A stretch of DNA of 64,000 nucleotides from Spirochaetia bacterium. Lineage in GTDB: Bacteria; Spirochaetota; Spirochaetia; SZUA-6; Bin103. Within the stretch, counting starts at the first letter, position 1. Each line of letters opens with the position of its first letter. This document shows, piece after piece, positions 20,180 through 29,854 of the stretch. A program made the position numbers and the translations under genes. The DNA is taken from contig OZ251575.1 of assembly GCA_965243555.1 (NCBI GenBank), positions 2,977,000 through 3,040,999 of the forward strand. Reading direction: 5' to 3'. A model generated the notes under the pieces. That model saw only the letters and a list, made by a program, of their open reading frames with translations. It did no database searches and was not told the DNA's origin.

Positions 20180-21526
20180 TCAGGCGGAGCGGGGGTGCAG
20201 GGTGCCCTCGGTGCGCAGGCGGTCCACGGCGCGGCCGAAGGCGGCCAGGGTGGCGTCGACGGCAGCGGCATCGTGCACGGCGGACACGATGTAGGTGACA
20301 CCGCGCATGGCGTCCACGCCTTCGTTCAGCAAGGCCAGCCGGAAGCGTTGCGCGGCCTCCCCGTCGCGGGAGGTGCTCAGTTGCGGTCCGGCCGCGGCCA
20401 CGGAAGCCGGGCTGCCGTCGCCGGCGACGTTGGGCGCCACGTGCAGCAGGGAGGCGTCGCGGTAGGCGAAGCCCTGCGCGCCGCACTCCGCGAACAGCCG
20501 GTTCATGCCGGAGCACAACTGCGCGGCGGCGCGGTCCGCGCGCTCGGTCAACGGCTCGCCGGCCACCAGCCCGAGGCAGGCGGTGCCGGCGGCGGCGCTC
20601 AGCGGGTTGGCGTTGAAGGTGCCGGGGTGCGCCACCCGCCGCGCCCCGCCCGGCATGGCGATCTGGTCCAGAATCTCGGCGCGGCCTCCCACCGCCCCGC
20701 CCGGCAGCCCGCCGGCGACGATCTTGGCCATGGTGGTCAGATCGGGCCGGATCCCCAGCCGCCGCTGCGCCCCGCCGGGGGTGACGCGGAAGCCGGTTAC
20801 CACCTCGTCGAAGATCAGCAGCACGCCGTGACGCTCGGTGGCGGCGCGCAGGTGGCGGACGAACTCGGCGGCTACCGGCTGCCGCCCGCTGGCGGCGCCG
20901 GTGGGCTCGATGATCACCGCCGCGAGGTCGCGGTCGGACGCCAGGATGCGGTCCAGCAGCTCGGCGTCGCCCGGCGCAATGACCTGCACCGTGCCGCCCA
21001 CCGCCGCCGGGATGCCGGGACCGGCGAACCGCGCCCCCTCAGCCCCGGGGCTGGCCGCGGCGTAGTCGTTCCAGCCGTGGAAGTGGCCGGCGAAGCGCAG
21101 CACCTTGGTGCGTCCGGTAAAGGCGCGCGCCAAGCGCAACGCCATCAGGGTGGCCTCGGTGCCGGAGCTGTGGAACCGTACCCGCTCCACCGAGGGCATC
21201 AGCCGCTGCACCGCCTCCGCCCACTGCAGTTCCAGCTCGGTATTGCCGCCCAGGTGGGTGCCGCGTTGCATCTGCTCGGTGACCGCGGCCACGACGGCGG
21301 GATGGCTGTGGCCGAGCAGCAGCGCGCCGTGGCCCATCACGTAATCGACGTACTCGTTGCCGTCCAGGTCCCTCTTGCGCGCGCCGTTCGCCGTGGCCAG
21401 CACGATCGGGAACGGCTCCAGGTAGCGGGCGTCGTGGGTCACGCCGCCGGGAAACGCCCCGCCGGCGCGCCGATATACCTCCGCCGACCGCGGGTGCCGG
21501 CTCAGATATTCCTGCTCGATGGTCAC
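20180..21526 (-). CDS. class III aminotransferase (glutamate-1-semialdehyde aminomutase-like)
   Basis: PGGVTHD, DGNEYVDY, SGTEAT, FHG, IFDEVVTGFR, AKIVAGGLP, GTFNANPLS. Confidence 0.9.
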   Translation of the reverse strand: MTIEQEYLSRHPRSAEVYRRAGGAFPGGVTHDARYLEPFPIVLATANGARKRDLDGNEYVDYVMGHGALLLGHSHPAVVAAVTEQMQRGTHLGGNTELELQWAEAVQRLMPSVERVRFHSSGTEATLMALRLARAFTGRTKVLRFAGHFHGWNDYAAASPGAEGARFAGPGIPAAVGGTVQVIAPGDAELLDRILASDRDLAAVIIEPTGAASGRQPVAAEFVRHLRAATERHGVLLIFDEVVTGFRVTPGGAQRRLGIRPDLTTMAKIVAGGLPGGAVGGRAEILDQIAMPGGARRVAHPGTFNANPLSAAAGTACLGLVAGEPLTERADRAAAQLCSGMNRLFAECGAQGFAYRDASLLHVAPNVAGDGSPASVAAAGPQLSTSRDGEAAQRFRLALLNEGVDAMRGVTYIVSAVHDAAAVDATLAAFGRAVDRLRTEGTLHPRSA

Positions 21527-21560
21527 GGAGAACCCGGAAGCGGCCGGCGCGCGGCCGCCG

Positions 21561-21881
21561 TCAGTCGACGCTGACGGCGGTGCCGCTGGCGCTCACCATC
21601 AGCATGCTGCCGCCGGAACCGATCACCTCGTAGTCCAGGTCGACGCCCACCACGGCGTTGGCGCCCTGCTGGCGGGCCGCGTCCCCCATCTCTTGCAAGG
21701 CCAACTCGCGGGCTTTGCCCAGTTCCTGCTCGTAGGCGGCGGAGCGTCCGCCCACCACGTCGCGGATGCCCGCGAAGAAGTCCTTGAAGATGTTGGCGCC
21801 GACGATCGCCTCTCCGGTAACGATACCGCGGTATTCGCGGATACTCTTGCCCTCAAGCGTGGGCGTAGTGCTCAGAATCAT
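21561..21881 (-). CDS. YbjQ/UPF0145 family protein
   Basis: STT..LEG..I.EY.GIV.GE...GAN..KD..A...D.VGGRS..YE...GANAVVG...ASGTAV. Confidence 0.92.
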   Translation of the reverse strand: MILSTTPTLEGKSIREYRGIVTGEAIVGANIFKDFFAGIRDVVGGRSAAYEQELGKARELALQEMGDAARQQGANAVVGVDLDYEVIGSGGSMLMVSASGTAVSVD

Positions 21882-21921
21882 TGCGCGCCATCATACCACA
21901 ACTTCGCTGCCGCCGCATCGG

Positions 21922-22806
21922 TCACCGCTCCTCCGCGGGGCGCCGCAGTACGATGCGGTCTTCTTCCAGCTCCACCTGCAGGCGGTCGCGGCCTTCCACT
22001 CCCAGGGCGCGCAGGTAGTCGCCGGGCACCTGCAGGCGCCCGGCGCGGTCCACCACCGCCAACTCCTGGTGGCTCTCCGCCTCCTCCATGTGCGCCGCAA
22101 GCTGCGCCATCTCGTCGGCGTAAGTGCCGCGGCGGATGAACTCGCTGCTGGTGCGCCCGTCGCGGATCGCCACCACCCGGTCCACCGCCTGCGCCACGCG
22201 CCGATCGTGGGTCACGATCACCACCGTCACGCCCAACTCGCGGTTGACCATGCGCAGCGCCTCCAGCACGCCGGCCGCGGTGCGCCCGTCCACGCTGCCG
22301 GTGGGTTCGTCGGCCAGCACCAGCGGCGGTTCGTTGGCCAGGGCAATGGCGATGGCCACCCGCTGCTGCTCACCGCCGGAGAGCTGCGCCGGACGGCTGT
22401 GCAGGCGATGCGACATGCCCACCAACTGCAGCAGCTCCTCCGCCCGGCGGCGGCGCTCGGTGCGCCCGGTGAGCAGCATCGGCACCTCCACGTTCTGCAC
22501 CGCGGAAAGGTAGGGAATCAGGTTGCGGGCGCTGTTCTGCCATACGAACCCCACCTTCTCACGGCGGTAGCGGATCAGCTCGTTGCGCGACAGCGCCAGC
22601 AGGTCGCGGCCGGCCACCGTGATCTTCCCCGCGGAGGGCAGGTCCAGGCCGCCGATTACGTTGAGCAACGTCGACTTGCCGCTGCCGCTGTTGCCGATGA
22701 TCGCCATCAGCTCGGCGTCGGCCACCTCCAGGTCGAGGCCCTGCAAGGCGATCACCTCGAACTCGTCGGTCTTGTAGATGCGTACCAGGTTTTCGCAGCT
22801 AATCAC
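21922..22806 (-). CDS. LolD/MacB-type ABC ATP-binding protein with C-terminal AbrB-like domain
   Basis: GNSGSGKST, LSGGEQQR, ADEPTG; C-terminal VDRAGRLQVP...VELEEDRIVLR. Confidence 0.88.
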   Translation of the reverse strand: MISCENLVRIYKTDEFEVIALQGLDLEVADAELMAIIGNSGSGKSTLLNVIGGLDLPSAGKITVAGRDLLALSRNELIRYRREKVGFVWQNSARNLIPYLSAVQNVEVPMLLTGRTERRRRAEELLQLVGMSHRLHSRPAQLSGGEQQRVAIAIALANEPPLVLADEPTGSVDGRTAAGVLEALRMVNRELGVTVVIVTHDRRVAQAVDRVVAIRDGRTSSEFIRRGTYADEMAQLAAHMEEAESHQELAVVDRAGRLQVPGDYLRALGVEGRDRLQVELEEDRIVLRRPAEER

Positions 22807-23747
22807 GGCGCGGCCCTCCCGGCGGGAGTCCCTTCCGGCGACGGTTCCGGCGGCGTCCCTGCCGCCGGCCGGTCGGGCGCCCCTTCCGCCGGCGCGCCGG
22901 CCGGCGCCACCCCGGCCGGCGCGCGCCGCACCACGCGGCCATCTTCCAACTGCACCACGTGATCGGCAAGCTCGATGATGTAGGGGTCGTGGCTGCTCAT
23001 CACCACGGTCACGCCCTGCTCCCGCACCAGCCGGCGCACCAGGCCGATCACCTGCAGGCCGGTATGGGTATCCAGCTCCGCGGTCGGCTCGTCGGCAAAC
23101 AGCAGCGCCGGCTCGTGCGCGATGGCGCGGGCAATGGCCACCCGCTGCTGCTCGCCGCCGGACAGCTCTCCCGGGCGGTGATCCATGCGCCCGCGCAGCC
23201 CCACCAGGGAGAGGCAGTGGCGCGCCCGCTCCTCGCGCCGCGCGTCGTCGTAGCCGGCCACGCGCAGGGCAAAGTCGACGTTCTCGAACGCCGACATCAC
23301 CCCGATCAGGGCCACCGACTGGAACACGAAGCCCATGCGCCGCCGCCGCAGCTCGTCGCGCTCCCCCTCGCGCAGCCCCACGATGTTGCGGCCCTCAAAC
23401 TCCACCCGCCCGCTGCTGGGATAGTCGAGCGCGCCGAGGATGTTGATCAGCGTGGTCTTGCCGGAGCCGGACGGCCCCTGCAGGATGGTGAGCCGCGCCC
23501 GCGGCACGCGCACGCTCACCTGCCGCAACGCGTACACGGTGGCGCCGCCCACGCGAAAGCCGCGGTTCAGCTCGACCGCGGTCAGCACGAACGGCGCCGC
23601 GCTTCCTGCCGAACCCCCTGCCGCTCGCGCTGCCACGCTCCCCGCCACGCCGCCACGCGCCGAGCCTCCCCCCGCGCGCCGCTCCGCGAACCCGGCGCCG
23701 CCGCCGGCACCGCTCCCGTAGCCTCCGCCGCCGCCCAAGCTGCTCAC
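22803..23747 (-). CDS. LolD/MacB-type ABC ATP-binding protein
   Basis: GPSGSGKTT, LSGGEQQR, ADEPTAELD. Start GTG 23747 coupled to the upstream stop. Confidence 0.88.
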   Translation of the reverse strand: MSSLGGGGGYGSGAGGGAGFAERRAGGGSARGGVAGSVAARAAGGSAGSAAPFVLTAVELNRGFRVGGATVYALRQVSVRVPRARLTILQGPSGSGKTTLINILGALDYPSSGRVEFEGRNIVGLREGERDELRRRRMGFVFQSVALIGVMSAFENVDFALRVAGYDDARREERARHCLSLVGLRGRMDHRPGELSGGEQQRVAIARAIAHEPALLFADEPTAELDTHTGLQVIGLVRRLVREQGVTVVMSSHDPYIIELADHVVQLEDGRVVRRAPAGVAPAGAPAEGAPDRPAAGTPPEPSPEGTPAGRAAP

Positions 23748-26581
23748 TCTTCTCCCAGCTTGAGGGCCTGGTGAATGTCCAGGCGCGCCAGCAAGGTGCG
23801 GAACAGCGCCGCGCCGAGCAGCAGCAGCACGCCGGCCACCACGTAGATGCGCACCAGGTCGGCGGCCTCGGTGGCAACCCGGAACGGCGGCACCTGGTCG
23901 GTGGCGGAGTACACCACCTGCAGCAGCGGCACGTACAGCAGCGCCGCCACCCGCCCGATCACCACCCCGGCGGCGATCGCCGCGCCGGTGATCAGGAGCT
24001 GCTCCACCACCAGCATCGCCAGCACCCGCCGGCTCGACATGCCGATGGCGCGCAGCACCCCGAACTGCAGCATGCGCCCGCGCAGGATCAACACCCAATA
24101 CATCATGAAGCCCGCCACGCTGATCAGCATCGCCACCGAAAACCCCAGGGTCAGCACCCCGTTGGTGCCCTGCAGCAACGGATCGTTCTTGGCTTCGATC
24201 ACCCGCTGCGAGGCGTCCTCCAGGCTCACGATGTCCAGGTCGCGCTCCTCGATGGCGTCGTAGATCGCCGCGCTGGAGCTGCGCGGCGCCCGCTTGGCCC
24301 AGATTTCGTACGGCTCGATCGCCATCTTGGCCCGGATGTAGTTGAAGTTGGCCACCACCAGCCGCGGCGTGGAGCGCCCGCCCACCGGCATGAAGGTGGG
24401 CCAGTAGTCGACGAAGCCGTACACCACGCCGTCCACCACGTCCTGGCCCGACCAGGTGACCAGGATGGTGTCGCCGCGCTTGACGTCGTACTCGTCGGCA
24501 ATCGAGGTGGACAGCAGCATCGCCTTGGGATCGGAGGTGAGCCGGTTCAGGTAGTGATACCAGTGCACGGGCAGCAGGTCGCGGCGGAACCACGCCACCT
24601 GCCCGAACTCGCCCGGCACCACCGCCAGCATCTCCGCCATGGTGCGGCGGTTGCCCGGCATCTGCACCTGGGCGCGCGCCTGGCGCAGCACCCGCGTCAC
24701 GTGCTCCAGACCCGGCAGCTCCGTGAACGGCTGATAGGGGGGCTCCCGGTACTTGACGGTGGTGCTGCTGGTGGTGACCGCGGCGGCCGGCCCCCCCGGT
24801 CCGCCGCCGCCCGGGCCGCTCGGCGGCGGCGCGTCGCTCGGAAAGTAGGGCCGCAGCGTGAGGTCGGCCCCCGCCGCGTAGTAGATGCGCTCCTCGATGT
24901 TGCGGTTTACGGTGCGCGCCGCGCTGCTGTTGTAGATGCCCAGCGCCAGGGTCAGGATCAGGAACACCATCAGGAACTGCTCGTGGCCGCGCGCCCGCGC
25001 CACCTGGATAAAGGCCGCGTAGAACGCCGGCGACCAGCGCCGCCGGGCTACCCGGAACAGCCCCTGCACCAGCACCGGGAACAGGCGCAGCGCCAGCATG
25101 CCGCAGCCGAGGATGAACACCACCGAGGTGAGGAACAGCAGCGGATCCAGCGGCAGGTCGGAGCCGGTGGCCGCGGTGAGCAGCAGAATCTCGCGCCGCT
25201 GCCGGAACTGCACCAGCCCGTAGACGGCAATCGCGATCAGCACCAGGTCCAGGTAGTAGCGCCGCCAGAAGGTGTAGCGCCGCGCGCGCGCGCCGCGCCC
25301 CCGCAGCTCGACGATGGAGGTGCGCGCGGCGCGGGTAGCGGGCAGCAGAGTGGCCACCAAAAAAATGCCCGCCCCGGCCAGGGCGAAGTAGTAGGCGCGC
25401 AGGTTGATGCCGGCCGGCAGCGCGGTGCGGCCCACGAACTCCAGAAACCCGTTGGCGGCGCCCAGGAAGCGCACGATCAGCAACGCCAGCGGCGGTCCCA
25501 GCCCCAGCGCGGTCACGCCGAGCAGCAGACTCTGCACCAGGTACACGGTGAACAACTGCGAGCCCGCGGCGCCGCGGCTTTCCAGCACCGCGATCTCCGC
25601 CAAATCGCCCTCCACGATGAGCTGCGACACCATGTACATGAAGAACGCCAGCACCAGCACGATCGGCACGTGCAGGAACGACAGGGTGATCTTCAAGATC
25701 GCCGCGCGCCGGTTGTAGTCGTCCAGCAGCTTGGCGATGCCGAAGTTCAGCTCCACGCGGCGGTCCGCGGAGGCGCGCAGGTACTCGTCGTAGCGGCGCA
25801 GCAGGTTGGGCACGTTGGCGAGGGTGATCTGGTGATAGTCCAGCGCGAAGTGCCAGGCGCCGGTGGTCAGGTTGCGGGTTGGCTGGTAGAGGAAGTCGCG
25901 CAGGAAGGTGTCGTAATTGATAAGAAAACTCTCGCCCAGCGAGGTGAAGCGCTGGAACCAGTACAGGTCGCTGGGGTCACTCTTGGTGAACACCCCCACC
26001 ACCTTGACCTCCAGGCGCGGCTCGTCGGCGAGCAGGTCGTGCAGCAGGTAGGTGCGGTCCAGGATCAGCTCCAGCTCCTGCATCGCCGAGGCGGTGACGA
26101 TCGCCTCGTACACGCCGTCCACCGGTTGCGGGCGGAACATGCGCCCGTGCACGATGGTCACGTGCTGCTCCAGCTCCTGCAGCGCCTCTACCCGGCTGAA
26201 GCGCTTGACCACCTCCACCTGCCGCTCCTCCGGCTGCGGGCGAATATCGTACAGGTAGTCCAGGGTAATGCGCTTCATGGAGGCCGCCACCGGCACCCCG
26301 AGGTTCGGCACCAGGGTAGTGAGGATCTCCTGTTCCAGGGCGTCGTGGAACGGCGCCTTGGCCCCCGGCTGCTCCACCAGCCGGTAGAAGTTGTAGATCG
26401 CCGCGGTGGCGCCGGGGTAGCGCCCGGTCCGTTCCTGGTAGCGCTCCAGGTCGCGGGTCAGGAGGCGCTGCAGCACGCCGTCGGTGTAGATCGGGATGCT
26501 GGCCAGCAGCGCGACCGACAGCACCGAGCCGGCCAGGAGGGCCAGCACCAACCAGCGGTTGCTGGCCATCTTGCGCAGCAC
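23744..26581 (-). CDS. large FtsX/MacB-like ABC permease
   Basis: Two FtsX-type modules (EIAVLESRGA; QFGVLRAIGMS) with periplasmic domains. Confidence 0.85.
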   Translation of the reverse strand: MLRKMASNRWLVLALLAGSVLSVALLASIPIYTDGVLQRLLTRDLERYQERTGRYPGATAAIYNFYRLVEQPGAKAPFHDALEQEILTTLVPNLGVPVAASMKRITLDYLYDIRPQPEERQVEVVKRFSRVEALQELEQHVTIVHGRMFRPQPVDGVYEAIVTASAMQELELILDRTYLLHDLLADEPRLEVKVVGVFTKSDPSDLYWFQRFTSLGESFLINYDTFLRDFLYQPTRNLTTGAWHFALDYHQITLANVPNLLRRYDEYLRASADRRVELNFGIAKLLDDYNRRAAILKITLSFLHVPIVLVLAFFMYMVSQLIVEGDLAEIAVLESRGAAGSQLFTVYLVQSLLLGVTALGLGPPLALLIVRFLGAANGFLEFVGRTALPAGINLRAYYFALAGAGIFLVATLLPATRAARTSIVELRGRGARARRYTFWRRYYLDLVLIAIAVYGLVQFRQRREILLLTAATGSDLPLDPLLFLTSVVFILGCGMLALRLFPVLVQGLFRVARRRWSPAFYAAFIQVARARGHEQFLMVFLILTLALGIYNSSAARTVNRNIEERIYYAAGADLTLRPYFPSDAPPPSGPGGGGPGGPAAAVTTSSTTVKYREPPYQPFTELPGLEHVTRVLRQARAQVQMPGNRRTMAEMLAVVPGEFGQVAWFRRDLLPVHWYHYLNRLTSDPKAMLLSTSIADEYDVKRGDTILVTWSGQDVVDGVVYGFVDYWPTFMPVGGRSTPRLVVANFNYIRAKMAIEPYEIWAKRAPRSSSAAIYDAIEERDLDIVSLEDASQRVIEAKNDPLLQGTNGVLTLGFSVAMLISVAGFMMYWVLILRGRMLQFGVLRAIGMSSRRVLAMLVVEQLLITGAAIAAGVVIGRVAALLYVPLLQVVYSATDQVPPFRVATEAADLVRIYVVAGVLLLLGAALFRTLLARLDIHQALKLGEE

Positions 26582-26586
26582 CAGGA

Positions 26587-27594
26587 CTAGCGTACGATCA
26601 CCTCCTCGCCGGCCTCCAGCCCGGCTACCACCTCGGCCTGGGTCGGAGTCTGGATGCCGACCTCCACGTTGCGCTCCTCGCGCAGCCCGTCGGCGAGGAC
26701 GTAAACGAAGCGCCGCCCCAGGTAGGTTTGCACCAGGTTGCGCGGCAGCACGATCACTCCCTCGCGCCGCGCGCGAATCAGCACCACGCTGGCGGTGTCT
26801 CCCTTCTCCACCTCCGGCGGCAGCCCCGGCACCCGCATCAGCACCAGTTCGCGCGCCTCCTCGGGCGCGTCGCGCGGCACGTTGAGGGGGGTCATGACCA
26901 CCTCACCCGGGAACTTCTCGCCGCGCACGTCCACGGCGACGTCGGCGCCGAGGGCGAATTCGGAGCGCTTGGGGCCGCTGTAGCTGAGCAGAATCTCGCT
27001 GGGGTCGGCAATCTGGACCACGGTGCGGAACGCCTGCACTGACTCGCCCTCGCTCAGCGGGGCGATGTACACCACTTCGCCGGCCACCGGGGCGCGCAGT
27101 TGCGACTTGGCCAACTCCTCTTCGAGCTGCCGGAGCTGCAGGCGCGCCAGCTCCACGTCCAGCTCCGCGTTCTCAATGGTGAAGCGGTTGGCGTTACCCG
27201 CCCGGGCGCGTTCCGCCTGCAGCTCCGCCTTGCGCAGCAGGATCTCGTGGCGCCGCAGGTCGAGCCGCAGCCGGTCGGTGTCCAGCTCGGCCACGAGCTG
27301 CCCCGCGCTCACGTCGTCGCCGTAGCGCACGTAGATGCCGCGCAGCGGCCCGCTGCGAAAGCGGAACTTCAGGGAGTGCTGGCTGGGATAGATGAACACG
27401 CCGCCCACGGTCACCTTGTCCTCGATCACCCCTTGCTCCGCGATTACGGTGCGGTAATTGATGTCGGGCGTCTTGAGCAGCGGCGGGGCCAGCACGCTCT
27501 CCTCCTGCGGCAGCAGGAAGCAACCGCCGGCCAGCGCCGCCAGCGCCAGCGCCGCGCCGCCCGCCACGCGGCTGCGCCGGCGCCTCACGCGCAT
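26587..27594 (-). CDS. efflux periplasmic adaptor (membrane fusion) lipoprotein
   Basis: Lipobox LAGGC, V.YGDDV..GQLVAELD, coiled coil, LRAPVAGEV, GLEAGEEVI. Confidence 0.85.
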   Translation of the reverse strand: MRVRRRRSRVAGGAALALAALAGGCFLLPQEESVLAPPLLKTPDINYRTVIAEQGVIEDKVTVGGVFIYPSQHSLKFRFRSGPLRGIYVRYGDDVSAGQLVAELDTDRLRLDLRRHEILLRKAELQAERARAGNANRFTIENAELDVELARLQLRQLEEELAKSQLRAPVAGEVVYIAPLSEGESVQAFRTVVQIADPSEILLSYSGPKRSEFALGADVAVDVRGEKFPGEVVMTPLNVPRDAPEEARELVLMRVPGLPPEVEKGDTASVVLIRARREGVIVLPRNLVQTYLGRRFVYVLADGLREERNVEVGIQTPTQAEVVAGLEAGEEVIVR

Positions 27595-27809
27595 CCCCGC
27601 CTCACCGCCACCCCCGCGAGGCGCGGTCATGCACCGCCCCGCCGGCGCTCGCACCACCAAATTTGCACGCTGCCGAACGTAGCATCACCGCGCCGGCACT
27701 GAACAGCACCGGGTGAGTCGCCGACAGTAGGAGCCGGCGTGGCGCAAATCGCAGAACGGGGTGAGGCGGCCCGCCGCCGGCAGCGCCGCACTGGCGCCCG
27801 CGCGCCGCG

Positions 27810-28835
27810 TCAGGGCTGCCGGCCCGCCGCCGCGGCGGTTGGCTCGACTGCCTCGCCGTACAAAAAGCAGGCCGCGGCGCGGTCCGGGTCGGTGCGCTGC
27901 AGCGCCGGCGCCCGCCGCCCGCACTTCTCCATCACCTGCGGGCAGCGGTCGGCAAACTTGCAGCCGCCCCCGGCGTGGCGCAGCACCACGCTGTCGGCCG
28001 GCGCCGTCTCCACGTTTTCGCCCCACTTGAGATTGGGATCCGCCTGCGGGATCGAATCCACCAGCAGCCGGGTGTAGGGGTGCTTGGGGTCGCCGATCAC
28101 CTTGCGCACCTCCCCGCTCTCGGCCACCGAGCCCTGATACAGCACCAGGATGTCGTCGGCAATCTGGAACGCCGTGGTCAGGTCGTGGGTGATGTAGAGG
28201 ATGGCGATGCCCAGTTCCCGGTTCAGCTTGCGGATGCTCTCCAGGATCGTGGCGCGCAACGACGCATCCACCATCGACACCGGCTCGTCGGCCACGATCA
28301 CGCTCGGCTTGAGCAGCAGCGCCCGCGCCACCATCACCCGCTGCCGCTGGCCGCCGCTGAGCTGATGGGGAAACCGGCCCAGGGTTTCCTCGGGGCGCAG
28401 ACCGACGGTTTCCAACGCCTCCACGATCAGCTCCCGCGCCTCCCCCCGCGACTCGGCCAGGTGGAAGTTGTGCACCGGCGTGTTGAGCACGTGATCGACC
28501 CGGTAGAACGGATTGTACACCTCGAACGGGTCCTGGAACACCGGCTGGATCTCGCGCCGGAACTCGCTGCGCTGCTCGCGGCTCATCGCCGCGACCTCGC
28601 GCCCGCGGTAACGCACGCTGCCGCTGGTGGGGCCGATCAACCCCAGCAGCAACCGCGCCAGCGTGGTCTTGCCGCTGCCGCTCTCACCGGCGATGGCGGT
28701 GATGCGCGGCGGGTCCGCGGCCACGCTGAAGGTCAGGTTGTCCACCGCGGTCACCGTGGTCTTGTCGAACATGCGCCCGCCGAACACCTTGGTCACCTGA
28801 TCCAGCTCCAGCAGCGGAGCCCCCGCGGTGCTCAC
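27810..28835 (-). CDS. OppF-like ABC ATP-binding protein
   Basis: GESGSGKTT, LSGGQRQR, ADEPVSMVD, HPYT, GCKFADRCP. Confidence 0.92.
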   Translation of the reverse strand: MSTAGAPLLELDQVTKVFGGRMFDKTTVTAVDNLTFSVAADPPRITAIAGESGSGKTTLARLLLGLIGPTSGSVRYRGREVAAMSREQRSEFRREIQPVFQDPFEVYNPFYRVDHVLNTPVHNFHLAESRGEARELIVEALETVGLRPEETLGRFPHQLSGGQRQRVMVARALLLKPSVIVADEPVSMVDASLRATILESIRKLNRELGIAILYITHDLTTAFQIADDILVLYQGSVAESGEVRKVIGDPKHPYTRLLVDSIPQADPNLKWGENVETAPADSVVLRHAGGGCKFADRCPQVMEKCGRRAPALQRTDPDRAAACFLYGEAVEPTAAAAGRQP

Positions 28836-29854
28836 GCGGCGCCCCCGGCCGCGGCGCCCGGCTGATGCAGGTGACAGCGCGTCCAGCGCTGCGGGCGCAC
28901 CTCGTCGTAGCGCGGCACCTCCACCCGGCAGTGGGCCATGGCCGACGGGCAGCGCGGGTGAAACACGCAGCCGTCCGGCAGCTCCAGCAGCCGCGGCGGC
29001 AGGCCGGGAATCCCCACCAGCTCGCGCTTTGCCTGCAGCGTCGGCAGGCTCTCGATCAGCAGCCGGGTGTAGGGGTGCAGCGGCGCCGCGAATACCTCAG
29101 GGACCGGGCCGCACTCCACCAGCTCGCCGGCGTACATCACGCCGATGCGGTCGGCGAACTGCGCCATCAGCCCCATGTCGTGGCCCACCAGGATCACCGC
29201 GGCGTGCAGCCCCTCCTGCAGCCGCCCCAGGGTGTCCATGATCTGGCGCTGCACCACCACGTCGAGGGCGCTGGTGGGTTCGTCGGCCAGAATCACCTTG
29301 GGGCCGAGCGCGGTGGCGATCGCCAGCGCCACCCGCTGCTTCATGCCGCCGCTCAGTTCGTGGGCGTACATCATCGCCACGCTGCGCTGCAGCCCGACGC
29401 TCTCCAGCAGCTCGTAGACGCGCGGCAGGTGGGAGGCGCGGTCGTTCTTGCCGCCGTGATCGACCAGCCCGTCGATGATCTGGTCGCGCACCCGCAGCAC
29501 CGGGTTGAGGGAGTTCATCGCGCCCTGCGGCACCAGCGCCAGCTCCGCCAGCCGCACCCCGCGCATCTGCTCCTCGTCGAGCGCCAGCACGTCGCGTCCG
29601 TCCAGGTGCACGCTGCCGCCGGCGACGTGGCCCGGCGGCTTGGTGAGCCGCATCAGCGCCATCGCCATGGTGGTCTTGCCCGATCCCGACTCGCCCACCA
29701 GCCCCAGCCGTTCGCCCGGAGCCAGGTCGAAGGTGACCCCGTCCACCGCCTTCACCACCCCGGCCGGGGTGTCGTAGTACACCTTGAGATCTTGCACCGA
29801 GAGGATTGGCATCTCCGGCCGCGCCGCCCTGTCGGCGCCCGCCGCCGTGCTCAT
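28832..29854 (-). CDS. OppD-like ABC ATP-binding protein
   Basis: GESGSGKTT, QGAMNSLNP, LSGGMKQR, ADEPTSALD, GCVFHPRCP. Start ATG 29854. Confidence 0.92.
   Translation of the reverse strand: MSTAAGADRAARPEMPILSVQDLKVYYDTPAGVVKAVDGVTFDLAPGERLGLVGESGSGKTTMAMALMRLTKPPGHVAGGSVHLDGRDVLALDEEQMRGVRLAELALVPQGAMNSLNPVLRVRDQIIDGLVDHGGKNDRASHLPRVYELLESVGLQRSVAMMYAHELSGGMKQRVALAIATALGPKVILADEPTSALDVVVQRQIMDTLGRLQEGLHAAVILVGHDMGLMAQFADRIGVMYAGELVECGPVPEVFAAPLHPYTRLLIESLPTLQAKRELVGIPGLPPRLLELPDGCVFHPRCPSAMAHCRVEVPRYDEVRPQRWTRCHLHQPGAAAGGAA

Noticed and set aside
13574-20586. The two gene-fragment duplicates as DGR template/variable repeats or CRISPR-like self-targeting spacers
   Set aside because: Mismatches are not adenine-specific, there is no reverse transcriptase in the window, and there are no flanking CRISPR repeats.
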